64,000 nucleotides of DNA from Callorhinchus milii (lineage: Eukaryota). The DNA lies in NCBI RefSeq assembly GCF_018977255.1, contig NW_024704743.1, positions 60,948,001-61,012,000 of the forward strand, read 5' to 3'. Within the stretch, counting starts at the first letter, position 1. Every line of letters starts with the position of its first letter. Positions 1-10,345 of this stretch are shown piece after piece. Below the pieces are notes generated by a model. The model had not been told where the DNA came from. It saw only the letters and a program-made list of their open reading frames with translations, and made no database searches. Both the position numbers and the translations under genes were made by a program.

Positions 1-2257
1 AACCGATTAACGTAGAGACACGATTTCTGAAAGGTCTTGTGACTGGGAGTGACATGGGCCTATTTGTTTTTGGGTATCTCCTATCGTTCATGAATTATTT
101 TCAGGTTTGTTTTTTTGCTGCAGTTACACCTTGTGGCTGCCGAGTCAAAGTGGGGCTGTGGCATCATGCATCACAGAGCACCTACGTATGTACGCACGCA
201 CTGCTACACCTGGTGGCTGCTCCAGCTGACCATGGCGCTGTGGTATCTTGTGTCACAGAACACGCACGTAGCCAAGCGGTGTGAACAAAATAAAACACAC
301 AGACAAAGCTAAGTCACAACAACAACAACACAATTACATTTTAAAGCACCGAGTCCTCCCATTGAGTCCTCCCAAAAGGAGTCCTCCCACAGGAGTCCTC
401 CCAGATGAGTATAGGTAAAGATGAAATGTCTGTCTGTGGGTCAATCTACATTCCATATTGGATCCTTTGGTTGCAAGCGTAGCTGCAATGGGTGCAGCTA
501 GTACTAAATACGATGACACGGTATTGTCTAGGTAGTGTGTAATGGTATTGCTCTGCACACTGAGATTTCAGACAACATCTATTATCTTGCTGTGAGGTTC
601 TGGCTTTTTCAGTTATCAGAGCAGTGAATAGCAGTTGCTTTGGGAACATGGATTCTGAGAGCACATTGTTGACAATGAATGGACCTAGAAATAAGTAGTT
701 GTTGTGGATGAAGAGTCCAGAGAGGAATAGGTGAAGAAGAGGATTTGATTAGAATCTATTTCTGAGATTGACCCAGTGACGTGCAGTTGCTATGGAAAAT
801 ACAGACGTCGAAAGGAATTGCTTTTACCTATGTCAACAGGATTGACCTTTCTATTCTTCTTGGATACCATTTGATGTTTTTCAAGCTGCATAACATCATA
901 CTTTGTTGAAATTAATGCAATTCACCAAACTGAAAATCTCTTTAAGAATTACAATCAAAATCCATTTTAAACCGAAATTCTGTCTGCTTGTTTCACTAAC
1001 ATCACACCACATGATCTCAATGCATGCATATGTAACCAATTGGACATACATTTAGGGTTGAAAAGCGCAATTTCAGGTTAGATATTAAATACAGAAGTAT
1101 TTCTTTACCCAGAGCAGAATTAATGACTGAAACAGGTAATCAGGAAGAATGATTGAGGCCAGGACACTGGACTCATTTAAGAAAAAGTTTGATACTTTAT
1201 TGGGAGTCCGGGTATTCTGGAAACATGAGATTGAAGCAACCGAAGAATAATTTTCATCTGAGCCGATCTTGTGTGCGTGGCATAAACATTTTCTTTTTTG
1301 CAGGTTTCTGCCTATTGTATGTGTGATTGTGCTAAGTAAATGGGATTGAAAAATTGTTCCTCAGGAAAGTGGTAGTGAGACTATTGCATTGCTTCTGGAG
1401 CAAACTCCTTGCAATGTAAATTGTATCTCCAGCAGCGAAGCCCCACGTACATCACACCGAGGTCTCACAAAGAGCCCAAATCTTGTATGACTGAGTGACA
1501 AAGTATGCTGGAGAAATAGTTTGCATTGCAAGACACTTCTTTTGGCTGGTGAGGCACCAGTAATACTATTGCTTTCCCATCCAACTTGTCCAACCTCATT
1601 TGAAATCATCCTTAAAAAATACAGTTATCTTTTTGAAATGGATTCCAATTACACACTGACTATGTCAGCAACCCATCAGGGTAACCTGATTAGATCCATC
1701 CAATCCTTTCCAACATTCATATCTGTTTAATGAAACTTATTTCAAAATATGTAACGTCACATTAAAATAGACTTGTTTTTATGAATATGTAAAAGATCAT
1801 CTGTCATCATTTCCCCAGCTTGCTTTGTTGGAGGAGATGGTGTACAAGTAGTGTGCCATTTGTGGCGTTGGGAAAATGATGAACAGTTTTCCCATTGATC
1901 ACAAACCTGAGAACAGTTGGCGAGCAACATAGGGATAACACTTTTACTGATTGCTCTGTTAGTAATGGGGACATGCAGACAGTTAATTTCACTAACGTCA
2001 CTTCACATGATCCCAACGCTTGCATTGAGGCTTAACCCTTTGACTACCCCCAGATAAATAATAATATGAATTCGATCCCATTTACCGATACAGGTGGATA
2101 TTAAAGATCCCATGGCACTATTCAAAAAGAGAAGGGAGTTTTTCCTGGTGTCCTCACCAACAATCCCCCAAATAAAATAAATAAATAAAATTGGTCATTC
2201 ACAAAATTGGCTGTTTGTGAGACATTGATGTGCACAAATTACAGGTGCTACATTCAC

Positions 2258-2605
2258 CCTGTGGCACCTCCCTACCTCTCCGATCTGCTCACACCCTACT
2301 CTTCTACCCAGTGCTTTCAATTAGCTGGCTCACGTCTTCTGCACATCCCTCATCCCCTCCGCTCCACAATTGGAAGCCGCTCTTTCAGCCACTATGCTCC
2401 GAATCTCTGGAAGTCCTTGCCTCAATCTTTAAATCTTGCCTCCTCTTTGCCTATCTTCAAATCACACCTGATGACTTTCCTCTTCAACCATGCCTTCAAT
2501 CACCTCTAGTCCCTTTCCAGCTCAGTGTCAAGCAACAAGGCTATTAAGTGCTCCGAGATGCTATCCTCATGAAGGGAGCTATGTAAATGCAAGATGATAT
2601 TGTTG
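2258..2605 (+). mobile_element. L2 LINE 3' fragment adjoining a DeuSINE-like remnant (about 2090-2250)
   Basis: APPYLSDLLTPY...RSFSHYAPNLW motif followed by an L2 tail. Confidence 0.82.
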
Positions 2606-3098
2606 TACAAATACAGTAACTATACCTCAAAATCCTTTGAGATAACTCAACAAAGTAATTAGGCGCTGTAAAAAATGATTATTACAATTTTTTAATATAA
2701 CTTATATAATGATTATAATGATTATTATAATAATTTTTTATACAATTTGTCATGTTGGGAGAATGTCTCAATGTATTTCATAGGATACATTGTAAAACAG
2801 TATTCCTGTATATCCTGTGAAATGCTTGGAAACATGCTCCCACATGAATAGTGCTATGTCAAAGTGCTTTATTATTAATAGTGTTATAGACTGGGCCTGG
2901 TGATTAGCTGTAATAGCGTGCTCTCTCTGTCCCCCCAAAAAATTTCTCAATTGGGATCAAGACCTCTGTCTAAATCCAGAAAACAAGCTATTAAACAAAA
3001 AATTACCATATTCTGTAGGAGCTATAATTTCACATCAAAACTACTAATTTGAAGATCCAAAAAATACAAACAGATGGTTGAGGGGAAATATACTATCT

Positions 3099-3306
3099 TG
3101 GGTCTAAATTTACTCTATTTTCTTAACAGTTTAGTGTCAGAGTTTGGAATATCAATGAATTCAGTCTCAGTTTTAAGTTGTTTTCCTTTAGTTCTAAAAA
3201 AAACTTAAAATTAAAAATTAAACAAACAAAATTAAAACTGGATTTAAGAATTTGCCAAATTATGGATGTTTTGAAGTGCTAATATAATAGTGTAAATCTA
3301 GACCCA
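3099..3306. mobile_element. MITE-like element with 21-bp TIRs
   Basis: tgggtctaaatttactctatt (3099-3119) vs aatagtgtaaatctagaccca (3286-3306): 19/21 complementary. TSD not preserved. Confidence 0.7.
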
Positions 3307-4263
3307 GGTGTAATTTTTCACTCTTCGTATGTTTCGCTTTGTTAAGTCTGAATCTTCTGCAGATCTTTAGTTCATGGTTAACACCGCAAAGTTCAGTGAT
3401 AATTAATGCCTGCATTACATAATAATGCTAAATAATCTTTACTCTCAATCTCTGCAGTGAAAAACGTGTGGGATGTGATAATTGTCACTGGTGATAATAG
3501 AAAATAACATTATGGGATGTAGTGCATTAGTAGTTTGGGACATATGTGCATGTGACCGCCAGTGAGGTGGAAGGCAAACTGGATGGACCTTTTCTTGTCT
3601 AGCATTTCTTATGTTCTTATGACTGTTTGTGGGTCACTGCTGTGTGCAATTCACTTTACAGTGTATCCTGTGAAGTACTTTGAGATGTCTCAACGATTTG
3701 ATAAGGTGCTATATCAAATGCAATTATTATTATAATATTAAGTTTAATAGTCCTGCGTACAATTTAGAAAAGAGTCCTCATGCAGAGGACTAATATAACT
3801 AAGACTTTCAAAGTGATATCTGACAGCAAAAGTTGTTTTACTCTGCTAATTTTCCCCAGTTTTTACCCCTTCTCACTTGATTGTGCTTTAACTTGGTCCT
3901 TCTACTAGAGAACAACTCCATTGACTCATCAGTAACCTGCCCAAAGTGGCTATTGTTGAGGTATAACTCTTGACCACGAGGGTTGGCAAGTTCCACTGAG
4001 AAGGTACATACCACACAAACAAACACAAAAACGCATCTTCTAAAAGAAATCTCTGGATAAAGATCGGAGAAGCATTTTGACACAACCTCCTGATGTGAAA
4101 GGTGCTATGTAAATGTAAACATATTGGGAACCCTGCCTGAGTTTCACCTTTCCAACGCAAGGGCAACAAAACCAACTGTAGAAGCTCAACTGCTACTGTG
4201 GATGAGATCAGCGAACACAACCCAGTCTGGGATTCAATCCTGCTGTCTGTATTGCATGGTTCA

Positions 4264-4942
4264 CCAAGCCAGGCAGGAACCTGGACATCTTGTTCGACCC
4301 TCAGATATCCTTTCTCCCCCATATCGATGCCATGACCCGCTCTGCTTCCCCCACCTCCACAACATTGTCCAACTTCACCACTTGCTCACCACTCAGGCCA
4401 CCAAAACCCTCATACACGCATTCGTCACCTCAAGACTCGACTACGGAACTCTCTCCTTGTCGGCCTCCCAAACTCTTCCATCCACAAGCTGCAGAACATC
4501 CAGAACTCTGCAGGTCGTGTCTTCTACCACATCAGGCTCCGTGACCCCATCATCCCCACCCTCGCCCAACTCCACATTCCTCAGAGGATAGAATTCAAAA
4601 TCCTTGTCCTCACTTTCAAGGCCCTCCATGGCCTTGCCCCCTCCTATCTCTCTGACCTGCTGACCTGCTGACCCCCTAGCCACTCCCTCTGCTCAGCAGG
4701 CTCCGGCCAGGTCTCCCTCCCGACCAGCCCTACCATTGGTGGCCGGGCTTTCAGCTTCTTTGGAGCTCCATCCCACAACCTTGCTCCCTGCCTTGCCTCC
4801 TTCAAGGCATGACTCAAGACTCTCCTTTTTGACAGTGCCTTCAGGCCCCCACGCTCGGGTCCTGTCCTTGACTGTTCAGTGCCTTGGGACGCCCTCCCGA
4901 TGTGAAAGGCGCTTTACAAATATAATTTTGTTGTTATTGTTG
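4264..4942 (+). mobile_element. L2 LINE 3' fragment
   Basis: HAFVTSRLDY motif; tail gggacgccctcccgatgtgaaaggcgct...ttgttg. Confidence 0.88.
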
Positions 4943-6477
4943 CTAGTACTGCACTAGGTGGTGGCTCCATCCCCAATCATTAGAGAAATAAAAATGGACA
5001 TTTTAAAGTCAAAGCAACAGTTCAATAAACTGAGATTGTGCTCCAACTTTACTTGCAAAATTAAGGAAAATATTAAGTGAATAGATTTGCCAATCTGACA
5101 TGAAATAACTTACCTCACAAGTGAGTGAATTATGGATGAGAAATGCCAAGGAATGTAAGGAATCATTTTGAGATGAGGACTCACAATGCCGAAGGTATCT
5201 GTTATTTTAATCTGAATAAAACATGGTCATGTATCCTCATGCTACCAGCATTCAAATTTTAAAGTTTTTTTGAAATCTGTGAAGTTTGTGCCCCTATGTC
5301 ACGAACCAGCAAAGACTTATAGTCATCTGGAACAACAAGAGCCAAACCCCAAAAATAAATCAGATTCCAGGAGGCTGAAAGTGTTCAAAAAACTCATTCT
5401 TTCTAACTTCCTGAATTTGAATTACAGAGGCTCCAGCAAATCCTGCCAATTCACTTGCCAATTGTTTTCTTTAAAAAATATTCTCATGCATGAGTTAGTC
5501 AGCTCGTAGCAAAGACCTTTTAAAATGTTATTTCATTCATCTCAGAGCTTCTGAGGCCACAGTCTCACAATCTTAGTCTTAAGACAATTGCATTCACATT
5601 TAAGAACACACACAATTTTGGAACATTCTTCAATTGAGTTTTCATTTTGAAGCCGGTTTTCTTCAGTTCTATAGAAAACAGTTTCCCAATAGCAAGCAGA
5701 CAGTCCCAGTTAACATGGAAATTTCTATTTGGGAACCCTATTAAGCCTTCTCACATTTGAACATCGTAAATTAGAACATCTTAATCTATACCTGTCACAT
5801 TCCACACAGTGCCAGACAGTGCTCTCAATGGCAAGCTACGGAGTTTTAGATGATTAAACTCAAGTTGTACCCTGACAGACACTCTGGGGACCCCAAGCAT
5901 TGAGATAAGCAGGATGCATCCCTCAACAGAGAGAGTGCACATTCCATTCCCGACAAAGGGAAATTTCCATGGGTGAGTTGTATGCATACTTGAAACTTTC
6001 AGGCTGGTTTGGATATTCTCAGGCTTGGCAATAGGTTTCCATATGTGTCAGACACCTGACTAACCAAACCCCGCCCAGTAGCAATCAGGTGAAGAACCAA
6101 ATTTAATCTGTAGGTGAGAGAGTGTAGCGAATTGGATAAATTGTGCAATGGGGTAATTTATATTCACATGAACCAGCTGAACGGGTGGGCAAGTCTTCAA
6201 TTATATAGACTTGCAGCACGCTCTCAGTGCCGTGCTGAAGTGTTAGCATTGGTTAAGAGCCCAGTTGTGTTGTCAAGCCCACGGTGATGGGTTTCCACAT
6301 GTGTTAGACACCCCCAAAAAATTGTCAGGCCCAAACCCACAATGTTTTGAAGCTGAGGCAAGAATGAGATTATTGGAACCTGAGAAGGTGATTTCCCTAA
6401 ATAATTTTAGCCCTGTAGCTAGGTGGACAAAGCCACGAAGAATGAAAATATTGTCCTTGTCTTTATGTCTAGACTCA

Positions 6478-6990
6478 AGGAATAGAGCATAAAAGTGGAG
6501 AAGTAATACTAAATTTATAAAAAGTTAGTGATGTCACAGTTGGAGTTCTGTGTAAGGTTCTGGTCACTACATTACATGAAATATACTGTATTATTAGAAA
6601 GAGTACAAGAACATTTACAAGGATGTTACCTGATAGCGGTGTTTAAGATTATGAAAGGATTTAATAAGGTTGATGTTGAAAAGCTGTTTCCATTTGTTGG
6701 GGAGTTCAAAACTAGAGGGTACATATATAAAATAGCAAGGAGTAAGTCTAATCAGGGAGTTTAGGAGGAACTTCTTCACACAGAGGCTGGCGAAAATGTG
6801 GAACTTACTGATGGCTGAAGCAAATGGCATCAGGGTTAACTTAAGAGAAAACTTGATACATACATGAGTGAGAAGGGACTAAAGGGGTACAAGAGAGGGA
6901 AGTTGGAGGAGTGGAGGCTTGTGTGGAGTATAAACATCAGCGCAGACTAGTTGGGCCAAATGGTCTATTTCCATGCCCTATCACTCTTAA
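6478..6990 (+). mobile_element. CR1 LINE 3' fragment, degraded
   Basis: QLEFCVRFWS...LIAVFKIMKGF...TRG motif and CR1 3' UTR. Confidence 0.82.
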
Positions 6991-7023
6991 TAATGCTCTG
7001 TAACTATGTAACCATTATATTTG

Positions 7024-7337
7024 GTGGAGTCCTGTAGCTCAGTGCTTAGAGCACTTACCTCCCAAGTGAGAGACCTGAGTTCAGTTCCCAGCAGGGCGAA
7101 ACCTTGGGCAAGTTTCCTTACTCCACACGCCAGATAATAATCCCTCAAGAAAAGAAACAATAAATTGGTCATTTCAATCCATAACTGTTTGTGGGACACT
7201 GCTTAGTCCAATTGGCTGCCATGTTTCTCCCACAAATATACGGTCAATTCACTTTACAGTATATTCTGTGAAGTGCTTTGAGACGTCTAGAAGATGTGTA
7301 AAGCGCCATATCAAATGCAAGGATTATTATTATTATT
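7024..7337 (+). mobile_element. tRNA-Ala-derived SINE (SINE2-1_CM-like), short form
   Basis: Head gtggagtcctgtagctcagtg (A box) ...gagttcagttcc (B box), shared body, (att)n tail. More than 15 homologous copies in the window. Confidence 0.9.
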
Positions 7338-8315
7338 TGAATATCGAAGTAACCTTTTCAAAAAACAAATACTAAATAACAAAACTGTGAAGAAAACAGT
7401 TTTGTCGTGGTTTCACATAGTTAACAAATACTTCCAGGTCAGCAATGGTGTAGTGAGGAGGGTTCCATATCCTCTATGTTAAGGTCTCTGAGGCTAAACC
7501 TGCCAAATTCAACATCAAAATTGAGCAATTTCCTTTAAATACATTAGTTTCCTGCTGCTGACACTCTAACAGGAGCGAAAGGTTATAGCAGAGGTGTTTG
7601 AACAATTACACATATTTTCCTTAAAATAGCTAACTCAAAAAAAGCTAGCTTAAGATTGTTCTGACAAGTTAGAAGAAGCTTATAAAATATCGGGCCAACA
7701 CTACAGCGTTTGTCAGGCTGTAACTCACATAATGGGAATAAAAATTGACTTCGCATTCTTGAGCTTCAACACAGTCGGTGTAGTAATGGGTTATCAGCAT
7801 GAGGACAGGTTTCGATTGTAGCAGCTCAGTCAGCAATGGCGAGGCAGCCATTTGTACAAGTTCTGCCATCAGTACATGTGGCAGTCACTGCACTCATTGT
7901 GTCTAAGTCCCTGGTCCTGCCTGTCAGCATCTTCTCAATAAAGGTAAAGTTGTTGGGCCAGTGTCTGAACGTTATTTAAAGGGTATCTATGCAACTCAAC
8001 AGTGGCAGCAACCTGAAGGAATCACGTGATAACAAACAATGGACTGTCAGGTCACTAACTTTTCCAGTCTGCAATGAACACAACGTGATTACCCTGTGGC
8101 GCTTTCCTCCACAAGATAAAATGATGACCTTTTGAACAATAAGTGTTTTTGACATATTAAAAAAATTGACATAAACATCCCCGGTCAGATTCTACTTTTG
8201 ATTGAATCTCTTTTCCTCCGCAGATCACATGTTGATTGAGGGTGAGTCACACTATGGTAGATATTTGTACAGGGGTTCACAAATCAGCACTAGCTATCCG
8301 AACTGGCCGTGCAAG

Positions 8316-8656
8316 ACCTTATCACATCCTTGATACGTCTCAAAGTGCTACACAGAATATAGTGTAAAATGAATTGACTGTGTATTTTATGGGCGAAGCG
8401 GGGCAGCCAATTGCGCACAGCAGTGTCCCACAAACAGTTGTGGATTCAGTGACCAAATTATTATTTTTATTTATTTATTTATTTTTGAAGGGATTATTAA
8501 TGCGATGAACTAACAACTAGATTCCTACTTACTGCTAGGTAAACAGAGGTATGTGGAATAAGGAAACTTGCCCAACGTTTCGCTCTGCCCAGGAATTGAT
8601 TCCAGGTCCTCTCACTTGTGAGGCAAGTGCTCTAACCACTAAACTACAGGACTTCA
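8316..8656 (-). mobile_element. tRNA-derived SINE, long form
   Basis: Reverse-complement homology including the internal ctctgtttacctagcagtaagtagg segment. Confidence 0.85.
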
Positions 8657-8772
8657 TGGAAAGGAGGGGAAGATAAGAGCTGCATAAGAGTTAACATCTA
8701 TCATCTCTTCAGTTTCAAGAACGGTATGAAGTATGACCAAGGCAGCATTTTCAGTACAAAATAATCTCTAAA

Positions 8773-8885
8773 AGTAAGGAATACTGTCAGAGATGAGGTC
8801 TACAATAAGGAATACTGTCAAAGATTAGGAATACAGTAAGGAATACTGTCAAAGATTAGGAATGCAGTAAGGAATACTGTCAGAG
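8773..8885. repeat. 31-bp tandem repeat, about 3.6 copies
   Basis: Unit agtaaggaatactgtcaaagattaggaatac. taaggaatactgtca occurs four times. Confidence 0.9.
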
Positions 8886-9811
8886 GCAACTGTTAACATA
8901 TAAAACTGTCTTGATCTCACTTCCAAAGTTTCTCCCATTTCAAATACAGAGAGACAACCTCCATTTTATACAAGTTTGGGTGAAGAATTGAACATGGCAT
9001 TGCAAGAAAAAACTATTTTAATTAACAAATAAACTAATAAATAAACATAAAGCAGAGCCATATTTTTACCATATTTGTTAATTGTGTAAACCAAAAGCCC
9101 AAAACAGCATCACCTACTAGATGCACTTCCTAAGCGCTCTGGGACACTACCCTGCGTGAGTGGCGCTATGTAAATGCCAGTTGTTGTTGTTTATAATTTC
9201 TCACAGTGTGAAGAGTGTGTGTGGCATGTAATGTGAATTATCAGGTTGCATTTTTTCGCATGATGTTTCCAGCTGAAACACGTGCCAATTTCCTTTTGAG
9301 AATGAATTATATGCCTGACTTTATTCTGCACATGGCTGGCTAACTCCATTAGTGTTTTCTTTATCAGACAATGAACACGAATGTGGCAATTGCAAGTAGC
9401 AGGGAAAGACGTCCCCTGCAGCAGATGGAAGCAGCGTTCAGCAGTAGTGAACAGAGAGCGTACTCAAGAGAATATGTTGTGGTAAGTTTCATTACGCTGC
9501 AGGAAAATTTCTTTAAAAATAATTAGATTCAATTTTACCAGATTGAGAATCTGGGATTTGATTTGTTTGCAACGGTATCAGTTTCCAATGGGTTATAGTT
9601 TGATGGCTGGTGATATGATAATATCAGTAGTAACTGTAGCTATGAAAACAATACCAAGCTCAGGCTTTAGCAAACAATTTAGAAAAAGCAATAAAACACC
9701 AAGCAAGAAGATGATTCTCAGTGTATCACAATGTAGCTTTTTCAGAATCAGACTCTCGATTTCGATCAGTGAAAGGTAAGACCTTAAATTTTTATATTAC
9801 GGTTCTTTATC

Positions 9812-10345
9812 ACGTCCAGGCTAGACTACGGCAACTCTCTGCTTGCCACACTTCTCCCCTTCACAAGCTGAAGACTATCCACAACACTTCAAGCTGTGTC
9901 CTTTTCTGCACTAAGCTCTGTGAGCCTATCACCTCCATTCTCTCCCGGCTCCACTGCCAGCTTGAGTTAAAGATCCTTGCCCTCACTTTTAAAGCCCTCC
10001 ATGGTCTTGCCCCACCCTACATCTGTGAACTTCTTAAATCCTACCAACCCGCCCACTTCCTCTGCTTGGCAGCCATTGGCCTGCTTCCTGCCCCCACCTT
10101 GCCCACCCCCATTGATAGTTGGGCTTTCAAGCTTTCTGCCCCCACTCTCCGAAACTCTATCCTGGAGTTCCTTTACCACATCCATTCCCTCTTCCACTTC
10201 AAGGTCTGTCTGAAGAGACAAACTTGTCTTTTTGACCATGCCTTCAGACATCTTGCCCCACCTTGACCCCCAGCCTCCCCCCCTCCCCTGAATGCAAACC
10301 CCAGTTTGGGTGCAAACCCTCGAGTGTTTAGCACCTTGGGGTGTC
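9812..10345 (+). mobile_element. L2 LINE 3' fragment
   Basis: KILALTFKALHGLAPPYI...LFDHAF in ORF 9721..10266. Confidence 0.85.

Noticed and set aside
3..104. Open frame ending ...VFGYLLSFMNYFQ|gtttgt, reminiscent of the CALCR exon end YDYVMHSLIHFQ
   Set aside because: Only Y and FQ match. The upstream conserved motifs (LVPLLG, PWRP) are absent and I found no following GFFVA-type exon.
446..664. Cys-containing minus-strand ORFs near the window start
   Set aside because: No recognisable domain or consistent exon chain; lengths are compatible with chance.
1303..1490. Strong acceptor at 1303 and a short open frame ESGSETIALL...SPNLV* from 1365
   Set aside because: No recognisable homology or linked upstream exon; insufficient support.
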